DNA of 64,000 bases from Octopus sinensis (lineage: Eukaryota). Position 1 is the first letter of the stretch. Every line of letters begins with the position of its first letter. A program made the translations under genes and the position numbers. The stretch is taken from NCBI RefSeq assembly GCF_006345805.1, contig NC_043003.1:24924001-24988000 (forward strand), in the 5' to 3' direction. Below, piece after piece: positions 1 to 12,530 of the stretch. Under the pieces are notes generated by a model. The model was given only the letters and a program-made list of their open reading frames with translations, did no database searches and was not told the origin of the DNA.

Positions 1-873
1 GCTTTCTAGCGCCCGGGCCAATTTGTTGCCTATCGTCCTTAAACTATATTAGGAAAATCTTTACCTAAAGATCTGATCGTTTGAGACGACTGCGGATACT
101 TAGTAACAACATATATAGAAGCTGTTAAAGAACGGCTGTTTGGTTGTCGGATGAAAAACGATGACTTGATCTAGCAGCTGTGAACAAGCGGTTCAAAATT
201 TCAAGTACTGCTGAAGCTATCTCAACCTGACTTGATACAGATAGGAAGGTAGGCCTTTGAGAAGTTGATCTATCTTCACAGGTGACTTAGGAAATCCTCG
301 TTAAAGAATTCACAAACGAGCAACGTGAAAGCTGCTATCTGGTCTTTAGGTCTGTTAGAAATTGCAGCCAAATCTCCCCCAAATCAGATTTTACAGTCTT
401 AAAAATATAAGGACACCTTAGATTATGTTAATGTAACCTTTAAAACGGAAAGACGGTTAGGTACAGTTGGAAGACCCTTGATTATAGATTTTCTCGTTGA
501 AGAATGACTGCAATAAACAACTGCCACCCAAATAAAATCACACTGACCCAATTAGAAATAGCAAAATCTCTTTCAAATTACAACCCTACTGTTTAAAATC
601 AATAGTGTAGCGTACAAAACTATAGCTAGCCGGATTTTACTCGCGAACAGTTTTAGATGCCGGTGGATTCGTGAGCGAACATTGGCATTCCCTCGTATAC
701 TTACCTCACTAATTCAGCGAAACATTCAGGTGGGGCAGGTGGAGGATGAGAGATGACGAGCGAGTTACACCAGCACTCTGGTGAGCAGACTGGAGCTGCG
801 TGAAATAGGGTACTTTGTTTCAACGACGCAATACATCATCTGGTCAAGAATTCGAACTCAAGATCTCATAATA

Positions 874-1106
874 TATTTCTTTATTGCCCACAAGGAGCTA
901 AACATAGAGGGGACAAACAAAGACAGACAAAGGGATTAAGTCAACTACATCGACCCCAGTGCGCAACTGGTACTTTATTTATCGACCCCGAAAGGATGAA
1001 AGGCAAAGTCGACCTCGGCGGTGTTTGAACCTAGAACGTAACGACAGACGAAATACTGCTGAGCATTTCGCCCGGCGTGCTAACGATTCTGCCAGCTCGC
1101 CGCCTT
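874..1106 (-). mobile_element. tRNA-derived SINE, family B (full copy)
   Basis: Minus strand reads GGCGGCGAGCTGGCAGAA (A box) ... GGTTCAAACACC (B box), central GCCTTTCATCCTTTCGGGGTCGATAA, and tail CCTTGTGGGCAATAAAGAAATA. 14-bp TSD AAGATCTCATAATA at 860-873 and 1107-1120. Confidence 0.88.
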
Positions 1107-2039
1107 AAGATCTCATAATAGCGAACCAAACACCCAAACCTCGAAAGCATGCACCTTCACTCAGTGGATTACGTAATCTAGGAGAAATAACTTGGGCGGG
1201 ACGATCATGGCTGGAAAGTCAGTGTCTAAAGTCTACTCGATCAGAGACGAGGCCTGAAGATAACTAGGTCCTACTTTAGCGCGCGGTCTACAGTTGTATT
1301 CGACGTCTACGCTGTGAAACGGCCCGGGACTGGATAATGGTTAGGGTTAGGGTTAAATTGCGCGCTAAAGTGTAATTGGCCAGATAGACAGTACGCTGAA
1401 GTAACATCAATAAATGACCGTAACGTTTTCGAAAAATCGCAAAGAAAGATGTATTTTTTAATAAAACAAATTGCGTAATAATATTGATTTTTCATCGACT
1501 GGACACGATGTTACTTTTGGAGAAGAAAGCTGGTAGAGCGGTCACAGTTGACTGAATAGAATTAAAACCATTGTTTCAAGTGAAACAATGGTTATTACAT
1601 CAGGAGTAAACTACTAATCGCCGATCGGCTTCATTAACCCTGGTCATCGAGAAAAGTGACGTTCCTATATTTGGTAATATTTAGCAAGGTCGGAAATAAA
1701 AATTATTGGGAATAGCAACGAGCGGAAATAGAAACGTTATCACAGTGGGTTTGTCGACCTCACGACACTCACCCACATTCTTTCACCTGTGAGCTTATTC
1801 ATATTTATACACATATTTCAATAATGCACTTCCAGACAATCTCACTGACTCACATTCCACATTCTCCCACATGGTTTTTTTTATTTTTTATCTCTATTTA
1901 TCTTATTTTATCATAACTTTATGCTTATTTTTAAGAGAAATAATTGCTTCCAAATTTGGAAAGAGAGAAATTACTAAGCGGAACCAAGGAATTATTTTTA
2001 TTTATGTCAGTATGAATATACGTACGTATATGTGCGTGT

Positions 2040-2235
2040 GTGTACATGTGTATATCTTTTATCTTTTACTTGCTTCAATCATGACACTCTGACCATGCAG
2101 GGGCACGGCCTTGGAGAAATTTTTTTTAGTCGAACAAATCGGCTTCACTACTTATTCTATCAATCTCTATTCCCAAGCCGATAAGTTACGAAGACGTAAA
2201 CACACCAACACTGGTTGTCAAGCAGTGGTGGGGGA
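2040..2235 (-). mobile_element. SINE family A 3' module, degraded
   Basis: Matches the reverse complement of the family A tail (TTTTACTTG.TTCA.TCA...GACGTAAACACACCAACAC.GGTTGTCAAGC) seen in many other copies in the window. Confidence 0.6.
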
Positions 2236-2573
2236 CTTTGCCTTTCATCTTTTTGGGGGTCGATAAAATAAGTACCAGTGGAGAGTGGGGTCTATGTATA
2301 CTCCTGGGTATGAGTATAGAAAACTGCCCCCTCTGCCAATCAATGCCGAGCCAGTGTGGTAGAGTAGGCTCATCAAACCAGTATGATCTCCGGCTCAAAT
2401 CAACGGCCTCCATATCGGACTGTGGTTGGTGGAGAAAACATCCTGAGGCCTTTGTCCTGCAGTGAACTGAACATAGGTAATCCAATCCAATCCAATAAGA
2501 CAGTCATCCTGTACCTTATGTTAAACTCTTAGTATTTCTCTTTAACTGTTACACTCTACATCCCTTTCTACAC

Positions 2574-3160
2574 CAGTGGGTCTCAAACTTTTTCAAGCTG
2601 CCGCCCCCTTGACACTCTGGTCACATTCCTAGCGTCCCCTCTCCAACTAACCATCACAAACATTGACCTCTTTCTGAAGCAAATTCGAAGCAACTGTATC
2701 TGAAAAATAAAACTTGACTTAATGAACCCATTATTTTGTAGTTTTTACATGAATCACCACCCCATTATCGCCCCAATTTTTACATGAATCGCTACCCCAT
2801 TATCGACCCATTTTTTACATGAATCGCTACCCCATTATCGACCCATTTTTTACATGAATCGCTACCCCATTATCGACCCAATTTTTACATGAATCGCTAC
2901 CGCATTTTCACCCCAGTTTTTACATGAATCACTACCCCATTATCGCCCCACTTTTTACATGAATCGCTACCCCATTATCGCCCAACTTTTGACATGAATC
3001 GCTACCCCATTATCGCCCTACTTTGTATATGAATCGCTAATCCATTATCGCCCTACTTTGTATATGAATCACTACCCCATTATCGCCCTACTTTTCTTCA
3101 ACGCCCCTTGGAACTTTGAACTGCCCCCAGGGGCAGTATCACCCACTTTGGAAACCACTG
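2574..3160. mobile_element. hAT (Charlie-like) MITE carrying an internal minisatellite
   Basis: TIRs CAGTGGGTCTCAAACT (2574-2589) and the reverse complement of 3145-3160, CAGTGGTTTCCAAAGT, match 12/16. 8-bp TSD TTCTACAC (2566-2573) / CTCTACAC (3161-3168). Confidence 0.8.
2742..3091. repeat. Minisatellite, 10 x 35 bp
   Basis: Head-to-tail units of consensus TTTTTACATGAATCGCTACCCCATTATCGCCCCAC, with no unique spacers. Confidence 0.95.
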
Positions 3161-3267
3161 CTCTACACGATGTAAAACGTCATTGGAGAAACCAACCAAC
3201 CAACCAACCAACCATATTAGCTTTTACTACATACATACATATATATATATGTGTGTTTTCTTTTTGA

Positions 3268-4034
3268 GACGCAACAGATCTGGTTTTTCCAGATTTCTTG
3301 AAAATGGCTCGCTGCAGGTATCCGGTGATACTTGAGGGACGTCCTCCCAAGTGTCACTCGTGCCTGCAGCCAGGCCACATTAAAAGGAACTGCCCCCAGG
3401 ACCATGGTAAGGTCCTGGAACAATCACTAGATGCCACCTCCCCTACCCGGTCAAAGGGAGAGGTGTATGTGGTCGAGGAGGCTTCAGCCTCCTCAACTCA
3501 AAAAGGATTAAAAAGGAAGAAGGCGGGCAACTATTGTTTCCCGCCGAAGGAACCTAAGGCTTCGGGAGGCGGGGGAGAGTCTCCGGACAAAGCGGAAGAG
3601 CTCCACTCTCCCGAAGTCAGGAAGAAAAGAAAAAAAAGAAGGAAGAAGAACGGGTCATCTCAGCGGGGAGATGATGTGCCGTCTGCATGTCCCGAAGTTG
3701 TGCCACCCACGGTGGAAGAAACCACCCCCACCCTTAAAGATGATCAATTAATTATCTTTTTCTGTAAGGGCGGGGAGGTGGAAAAATAGTAGAAGAACAT
3801 AAAGAGACAGTAGATATGCCCTTTACACGGGATCCCGAATGGCCCCCGCAGATAGCTGTGGCGGTCATAAGGTTTCCCTTGTGGGAAAGGCTTAAAGGAT
3901 TTGGGGAGGAGTGTCGCATATGGCCGGGTGGCCTTTACACGACTTACATGTCCTACATGAGTGAGGCATGGGAAATGGCGGGATACAGGAACTCAAGTGG
4001 CATTGAAGATAATGATGAATATATCGAAGAGTAG
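3268..4034 (+). pseudogene. L1/Tx1-type LINE ORF1 remnant (CCHC zinc knuckle)
   Basis: ORF 3298-3789 has YPVILEGRPPKCHSCLQPGHIKRNCP (CX2CX4HX4C) followed by a Lys/Arg-rich disordered tract. A second frame continues to 4034, then short hairpins and A-tracts; no RT follows. Confidence 0.6.
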
Positions 4035-4351
4035 GAGGTGAAAGACCCTCGTTATAGGGTTTGAAACCTCATCTTATTGTATTATTTGTAGTGGTTTATA
4101 ACCTCAATTGTGTGTTTAAAAAAAAAAACATGTTAAGTAAGAGGTTTTAGTGCCTCCTTCTTGTAAGAGGTTTGAAACCTCATATTGATTTTTAAAAAAG
4201 AAAATATGTTTTCGAGAAAAATCAATCGGCGGGTGTTGGGTTTCGTCTCTCATTTATTCATTCTATTTCATTTTCATTCATTAATGTGTTTGTCCAGCCC
4301 GCAAAGCTACACACTCTTTGTATTGTCTATGATGACAAATTTTATGAAATA

Positions 4352-4816
<465 letters not shown>

Positions 4817-4842
4817 ATATCAATACCAGTGTGTGAATGCAT

Positions 4843-5050
4843 TTAGGCAGTGAACTGGCAGAATCGTTAGCACGCCGGAAAAAAAAAAAGCTTAGCGGCA
4901 TTTCATCCGTCTTCACATTCTGAGTTCAAATTCTGCCGAGGTCGACTTTGCCCTTTATTCTTTCGGAGTCGCCAAAATAAATACCAGTTAAGCACTGGAA
5001 TCGGCTAAACCATCTCCCGAACCTGCTTGGCAGCGTACCGAAATTTAAAA
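4843..5050 (+). mobile_element. SINE family B
   Basis: GAACTGGCAGAATCGTTAGCACGCCGG...GAGTTCAAATTCTGCCGAGGTCGACTTTGCC. Confidence 0.75.
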
Positions 5051-5612
5051 ACCAATACGAGCGTATGCCTTTTTCTTTGCATGCGTGCATGCGTGCGTGT
5101 GCTTGTGTATTCGCATTCACACATTCGAAGTTATGTCTTCCATATTTCCGCTCTTCCATATTTCCGCTACTGTAAGCAACTATTCCCCTATTTGACGAAG
5201 TTTTTCTACCTCTGTATGTTACATTCCAGATTACTTACGACACCTCTCCATTCACTTGTTCATTTATTTTATTATTGCTGTTGTTGTTGTTGTTGTTGTC
5301 GTCGTCGTCGTTGTCGTTACTGTTTTTTGCTGTTGCTTTAACGTTCTTGTTCTTAAGTTCACTTTAAGGCGGACATATTTGTTTGTTATGTCGAAACTAA
5401 ATCTCACCATATTTGGAACAGATATCCTTTTTTGATTAAAACTCCATCTTGCACACAGCTTCTACGTCCTTTACTCTCTCCCTCCTCGAATACATACATA
5501 CATACACACACACACACATACATACATATTTGTATTCCTGATTTTATCTAACACTATTCATACCCCTATCTCTACATCTCTCAATGTCTCTTAAATTACA
5601 TTTTTAAAACAT

Positions 5613-5620
5613 ATCTATCA

Positions 5621-5674
<54 letters not shown>

Positions 5675-5678
5675 ATAT

Positions 5679-5731
<53 letters not shown>
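5613..5731. repeat. Compound microsatellite (ATCT)n(TA)n
   Basis: Read directly from the sequence. Confidence 0.95.
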
Positions 5732-5734
<3 letters not shown>

Positions 5735-6224
5735 GTGTATGTGTGTGTCAATTTTTATAGCTAGCGAGCTATATAGATAGATTATTGTCTGTCTGTCTGA
5801 ATCTGTGTCTTTGTGCCTGTATTTGTACTCCCACTACCTATTTGACAACTGGTGCTGGTTTGTTTACTTAGTAGTTCGGTAAAAACAAAAGTTAATAGAA
5901 TAAGTACCAGGCTTTTAAAAAGAGCCTTTCAAGTCGTTGCTCCAGCATGATACAATGACTGAAACAAGTAAAAGATAAAAGCTACTGGATTAAAACAAAA
6001 CACAACCAACGTATCTCTCGTAGATAAATATAAAGTATTTCATCAAATGCTTTACTGTTGGTGGAAATTTACCCATTTTTAACATAGGTAGTAAATAAGT
6101 CTCCCTGTTTATTACTGTCTCAAGTCCTAGGACCCACAGCACCGATGACCTCGTTTCCATGGCGTATAAAAGTGTCCTTCTCGAGCCCTGTGGTCTGATA
6201 AGGGCCGGTTTCATGGTTTCGGTT

Positions 6225-6282
<58 letters not shown>

Positions 6283-6790
6283 TATTTATTTATTTATTTA
6301 TTCCCTGGACGGGACGCCGGTCAATCGCTGGAATACTTATTTTTACCAGTTGAGTGAACGGTAGCATAGTTGAGTGAACTGTAGCACAGCGCGTCGCCCG
6401 ATCCAGGAATTGAAACCTCAATCTTATGATCACAAGTCCAACACCCTAACAACTAAGCCAAGCGTATAAGTGAGCGATATTACAATATTACACTCTCGCA
6501 GGGTGACTTGTTTACAGCAGGGCAACGTAAAATGAAGTTGCTTTGCTCAAGAACAGAACGCGCTGCCCGTGATTGCGAGTGGAACATCCTAACCACTCGG
6601 CCACGCGCGTTCACTAAGATAGGTACAAGATTACATATTGTGTAGGAGGGGTGTATGGTCTATTAGATTGATGCTAGTACTTTACTGGTACCTACCACCG
6701 ATATAAGGAACGTAACCAAATATTTTGTTATTAATTGTCTGTAACTGTACTTATTCTACGAATTTACTGTCATCTTGGTTTCTTAAGTGT

Positions 6791-6814
6791 AATAATAACA
6801 ACAACAACAACAAC

Positions 6815-6876
<62 letters not shown>

Positions 6877-6885
6877 CAATAATAA
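6791..6885. repeat. Trinucleotide microsatellite (AAC)n(AAT)n
   Basis: Read directly; it explains the poly-N, poly-I and poly-L ORFs. Confidence 0.95.
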
Positions 6886-7210
6886 CGGTATCTTTATTTG
6901 CTCTTGTTTCTTGGGTATAAAGTGAGGAAAAAGAAAAGTGACCCATTGCAAATGAACGCATAAATAAATAAATAAATAAATAAATAATAAATAAGTAAAT
7001 AAATACATTCAAACAAACGTATGAGTATGTTTTACCGTTTGGGTGTGTCATATGAAATAAATATATATGCGCGCGCGTGTGTTTGTATGTAAGTATGTAT
7101 GTGTGGGTGTGTGTGCGGGCGTGTGTACATATACATACAAATATAGATATATCTATATGCACACACACACACACCACACACACACACACACACACATACT
7201 AACACATACA

Positions 7211-7246
<36 letters not shown>

Positions 7247-7734
7247 TTCGTATCTGTTTGTGTGGGTGTCTTTTTAACTTATAAAAGAAAAGAAAAAAAG
7301 CCACGCCTCGGATAACCATCATTGGCTGATGAGATAATACTTTAAAAAATTAATAGATTACAAATAAAATAACGTTGGAAAATAAACGGCCGGTGTAGGG
7401 AAGGAATTCCTTTAGATCCGTTAGATTCCTTTGGATGGTATCTCAGGCGGGATCAGCCATAATAGAACACAAGTTAGTATTCTTTGTAAAGTAATGAATT
7501 TGCTACCCCCAGTCTCTTGACTTCAAGTGTTAGCGAAGTCGACTCAATTTATTATAGTCATATAAAAGGCGGCGATTTGGGAAAATTCTTTTAAACGTCA
7601 GAAAAATGCATTGAGTTTATTTGTCCTGGCCGTTTATGTTCTAGTTCAATCCCCGCAGAAGTCAACTATGTCCTTCGATATACTAAGTACCATACATTTT
7701 TATATTAGAGAGACGAGGAATTATGTACATTATT

Positions 7735-8044
7735 TACATTATTTATAATTGACAGATATTCGTCCTCAAATTGTATGTTGTTATATGGCGTATTGGTTAA
7801 GAGCGCGGGCAACTAACCCCAAGATTTCGAGTTCGATTCCAGGCAGTGACCTGAATAATAATAATGATGATGATGATGATGATGATAATAACAACAACAA
7901 CATCGAAAAATACTTTAGGAATGAGAGCCCAGGTTCGAAATTTCCCCCAAGACACCTGATGAAGGCTGGAGGGTATATCAGCCAAAATATTGTGTTAACA
8001 ATAAACAAGATGAGGAAGAATATCCGTCAATTGTAAATAATGTA
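7735..8044 (+). mobile_element. Composite element: tRNA-like Pol III head, (AAT/GAT/AAC)n, hammerhead motif, bounded by inverted repeats
   Basis: A box TGGCGTATTGG at 7786-7796 and B box GAGTTCGATTCC at 7829-7840. Microsatellite at 7854-7901. Inverted repeats 7735-7768 / 8011-8044 match 31/34. Confidence 0.7.
7952..7995 (+). ncRNA. Minimal type I hammerhead ribozyme motif (decayed copy)
   Basis: ACAC-CTGATGA-A-GGCTG(10 nt)CAGCC-AAAAT-ATT-GTGT. Stem I is 4/4 and stem II is 5/5. The expected GAAAC-GTT reads AAAAT-ATT, with all changes at CpG sites. Confidence 0.6.
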
Positions 8045-8364
8045 TACTAAGTACCAGTTGTACACAGGGATTGATGTAATCGAATAGTCTCCTACCTCAA
8101 AATTTCAAACCTTGTGCCTATAGTAGAAAGGATCAGTATCCTTATGAAGATAACGAACACACAAGACAAAATGTTTAACGACATTTCATCTGATTTTTAC
8201 ATTCTGAATTCAAATACAACCGAGGTCAGCTTTGCTTTTCATTCTTTCCGGATCGATAAAATAAATACCAGTCGAGTACTGATGTCGAGGCAATCGACTA
8301 GCCCCTTCTCACCAAATTTCAGGCCTTGTGCCTATAGAAGAAAAAACGTATTATTGGCCTTATA

Positions 8365-8505
8365 AAGAGGTGGTGAATTGGCAGAATCGTTAGCACGCCA
8401 GACAAAATGCTTAGCGGCATTGCTTCTGGGTTTATGTTCTGAGTTCAAATGCAGCAAAGGCCAACTTAGCCTTTCATCTTTTCGGTGTCGATAAAATAAG
8501 TACCA
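8365..8505 (+). mobile_element. SINE family B (5' part)
   Basis: GGTGGTGAATTGGCAGAATCGTTAGCACGCC...GAGTTCAAATGC...GTCGATAAAATAAGTACCAG. Confidence 0.7.
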
Positions 8506-8506
8506 G

Positions 8507-9148
8507 TTTCATGGATAGCTGTCCGTTGTTAAGAAACTATTCTAACGTCCTTGGCTGGCGTTATAGCCTTTATCGTCTCCCGATTCAGTAGGGTGCAGAT
8601 CATAGAAGTGCTACGCTTGTATGCTTCGCCATATCAACTACACGCACACCTTGGTTATGTTTTTCATTAATTTCTTTCTTTAATTCACTGCACATCATCC
8701 GCTTCTTCTTACCACTGTCCTAGCACTCACTTTCTTCGGACCCATGGTCGGAAGTTTTGCAAAATAGCTGCAAGCACAATTGCGAGCAGAACACTGATGC
8801 TTCTGAAGCCTGCAACGACTAAGTAAGCATTTTACCACCCGTCCAGATAACGATCCACTAACGATCTTTGCACTTGCTAACGCGCAAGTCTGTCTAGCTA
8901 TCGATCTACTAATGATCTTCGCACTAGCTAACGTGCATGTCTGTCTAGCTATCGAGTAAGACACGGGATGCTGGGCGGATGTTACGTCATTCTCTGTGGC
9001 GTTCGCTACGCCAACTAGTGGTGGGGTATCTGAAGCTGGCTCGTAACTCGAATTTTAGCTCGCAACTCAAAGCAAAAAATCGGCCGAGAGACGGCTCGGA
9101 TATCGAAAAACTCGTTTGTCGGGACACTCGTAAGTCAAGGTATCACTA
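8507..9148 (-). mobile_element. Tigger/pogo transposon 5' fragment with decayed transposase N-terminus
   Basis: The terminus reads TAGTGATACCTTGACTTACGAGT (Tigger-like TIR). From the ATG at 8745, frameshifted segments read MGPKKVSA / ELKKEINEKHNQGVRVVDMAK / STSMICTLLNRETIKAITPAKDV, a CENP-B/Psq-type HTH. Confidence 0.7.
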
Positions 9149-10488
9149 ATACACATTCGAAAACAACCTTAATTTAAAATACCAGTGTATATAATATATA
9201 TATATATATATATATGTATGTATAAGATTAATCAGCCGAAATTGCGAGGATGGTCCGGTTCTTGACTGAAGATAAACGGCTTCGAATGACGCGTCCTTGT
9301 GTTTTTTTTTTTTGTATCGTCTATCTGGATGTTTTGTTATCCCTTTTTGTATCACCTTGTTGTCCGGATGTTTTGCGTTCTTGTCCCATTTTGTATTTTT
9401 TGTGTATATATATATATATATACATATGATGAATTCAAGGATGAAACGGCATTAGCTGTAATATTTTATAAAAGAGAAACATTTCAAGGAGACTTAGGTT
9501 ATTTTAAATGTTATTATATACATCGGTATTTTAGGCTGCAAAGTTATTTTCTCCATTAACTAAGAGAATTCAGGCACTCAAAATAGAGGTGCATTTTATA
9601 TGGTCGCATATTACAACACAATTACTTACTGTTTGAATTCCAGTTTTCGTTTGACGAACATGAATTTAGTTTTTGTAGCAGTGGGAGTAGATTTTCAACA
9701 ACAAAAGTAGCTCCCATTCACCTTCACTGAGAAAGCTGACACAGATAACTGTAAGTAATTATTCCTCGCATTAGCACGACGACAATGACAATAACGATGG
9801 CGATGATGATGATGATGATAACGTGAATCGCAAACAAGAGTTTAAACAACGTCGATGAATGTCATAAGAGCAACGAGGAAAAATCTACACGCTTGCTCGA
9901 CCTATTCACACTGTAATGGCCTTTAAAATAGGAATGGGATATTAGGTATTAATACGGCTACGAATTTGGACAAGTGGTTCATACATCTCGTATTTTGATA
10001 AGAGTGTTCATTAGATTATGGAGATTGTGTGTAGGCCACCCACAATTCCAGATTGTTGGTTACACAGACTACAAGTTTTATCATTTGAAACGGTCAACCT
10101 AGATAGAACTGCAGTAGTAGTGATCCGATTACTGGAAGCTAAACGCAGCGCATCCGGCACACAAAGCCTATAGTAAGTAACAAGATTAGTGAACCATAGT
10201 TAAACGGAAATTGGTAGGCGCTATTATAGATAATAAATAGCGGGTGGAGTTAAATCGGAACATTAACAGTAGTTAGTAGCATAGTTTTTTGTTTTCTTTT
10301 TTTTTGTTTTTTCTTTCATAGACGCAAGCATGGCTTAGTAAGAAGTTTACTTCCCAATCACATGGTTACAGGTTCAGTCCTTGGGCAAGTGTTTTCTGCT
10401 ATAGTCTCGGGCCAACCAAAGTCCTGTGAATAGATTTGATAGACGGAAACTGAAAGAAGTTCGTCGTGTGTGTGTGTGTCTTTTTTCT

Positions 10489-10720
10489 TATTTCTTTCCT
10501 GCTCACAAGGGGCTACACATAAAGGGGACAAACAAGGACAGGCAAACAGATTAAGTCGATTATATTGACCCCAGTGCGTAACTGGTACTTATTTAATCGA
10601 CCCCGAAAGGATGAAAGGCAAAGTCGACCTCGGCGGAATTTGAACTCAGAACGTAGCGGTAGACGAAATAACGCTAAGCATTTCGCCCAGCGTGCTAACG
10701 TTTCTGCCAACTCACCGCCT
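10489..10720 (-). mobile_element. SINE family B (full copy)
   Basis: Same sequence as the 874-1106 copy. Confidence 0.85.
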
Positions 10721-10721
10721 T

Positions 10722-10808
10722 TAAGTGGGCAAGTGTCTTCTACTACAGTCTCGAGCCGACCAAAATCCTGTGAGTAGATTTGATAGACGGAAACTGAAAG
10801 AAGTTCGT

Positions 10809-10853
<45 letters not shown>

Positions 10854-11075
10854 CTGTCTGTGTTTTGTCCCACCACCGCTTCACAACCAGTGTTGGCTTG
10901 TTTACGTTTCCGTAAGTTAGCGTTTCATCTGAAAGCGACCGATTGAATAAATACCATGCTAAAAAGAAAATGTACAGGAATCGATTCATTCCTCGGTCTA
11001 AAAATATTCTTCAAGGCGGTGCCCCAACTAGGCCGCAGTCAAATGACTGAAACAAATAAAATATTAAAAGATAGA
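10722..11075 (+). mobile_element. SINE family A (core, (TG)n and 3' module)
   Basis: GGGCAAGTGTCTTCTACTACAG...(TG)n...GGCCGCAGTCAAATGACTGAAACAA. Confidence 0.8.
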
Positions 11076-11325
11076 ACATGCACAACGGGAAACACTTGTC
11101 GTTGTTGTTAATGTTGTTGCAGTCATAGCAGAGGTGCTCAAGCATTCTATTTTTTTCTTTCTTTCTTCTTTTTAGTGGGGCTACATTATCCAATGGGTCC
11201 TTGCTTTTTAAAGATGTTACAGCAGTGGTTCTCAACAGGGGTTCATATGGCCCTTGGAGGGGTCCATATAAACTTTTGTTGTTATAATTTATCTGCAATA
11301 AATTGGATATACTTCTACAATACTC

Positions 11326-11550
11326 TCTTTTACTCTCTTTTACTTGTTTCAGTCATTTGACTGCGGACATGCTGGAGCACCGCTTTTAGTCTCGAAAATC
11401 GACCCCAGGACTTATTCTATCGTACTCTTTTTGTCGAACCGCTAAGTTACGGGGACGTAAACACACCAGCGTCGCTTGACAACCAATCCGTTGTCAAGCG
11501 ATGTTGGGGGGACAAACGCAGACACACAAACATATACATACATACATACA

Positions 11551-11611
<61 letters not shown>

Positions 11612-11745
11612 GACGGGCTTCTTTCAGTTTCCGTCTACCAAATCCACTCACAAGGCTTTGGTCGGCCCGAGGCTATATTAGAAAATACTTGCTCAAGGTG
11701 CCACGCAGTGGAACTGAACCCGGAGCCATGTTGGTAAGCAAGCTA
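11326..11745 (-). mobile_element. SINE family A (near-full copy)
   Basis: Reverse complement of the head, core, microsatellite and tail. Confidence 0.8.
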
Positions 11746-11863
11746 GTTATCACGTACCTGAAGACTCTGTACAATCACAAGCGAAACTTAGACTAGCAAG
11801 AGACTAACATAAACTAAATAATGTATGTATGCATGCATGCATGTATGTGTGTGTGTGTGTGTG

Positions 11864-11904
<41 letters not shown>

Positions 11905-12530
11905 ATGAGTCTAGCTTTATGATAGATGGCAATTTCAATATTTGATTGCGTGTTTAAATTGCTATAAAAAAACCTCGACTCCACCCTGTTTTATTACACT
12001 ACCATAAATAGTTGTCAGCCAATATTTAAAATGGCAGATTTTTATCAAATGAGAATCATAAAAACGCAGTAGCAATAGTAAAGACTGAATCGAGATCTCT
12101 TTGCAGCGTGACTGTGAATGCGGGGGACGTCGTGTGAACTGATTTTGGAAATAGGATTAAATATCGCGCCAAAATATGATCTTAGCTTCAAATCGGTGTT
12201 TTCGTTGTTGTTGTTGTTGTTGTTGTTGCTGTTAGTGCTGCGGGGAGAAGCGCTGGATTAACCATTAAGCAAAATGAGCGGGTACTTAGGACCTCAAGGG
12301 AAGTGGGGGGGGGAGGCACCAAAGAAATGGCTAAAATGATATCCGAACTGGTTTATATGATCGGAAATATAATTAATATAATTTCGAAATGTTCATGGTC
12401 AATGTCCCGGGAACGAACTTTATTTAGGGGATGCAAACTCAGGTCCACATTTTTTTACAAACAAGGCCGATTTTTTCAAACACGGGTATAATAATATCTT
12501 TTATATGGAAAACCAATGCTTCAAATCATT

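Noticed and set aside
1339-1354. GGTTAGGGTTAGGGTT as an interstitial telomere
   Set aside because: Only two TTAGGG units, which is expected by chance or within a repeat.
2742-3091. 35-bp repeat array as a CRISPR
   Set aside because: Units are contiguous with no unique spacers, there are no cas genes, and the context is a eukaryotic MITE.
5361-5400. GACATA/TATGTC hairpin followed by GAAAC as a hammerhead
   Set aside because: No CTGANGA core upstream, and no stem I or helix III.
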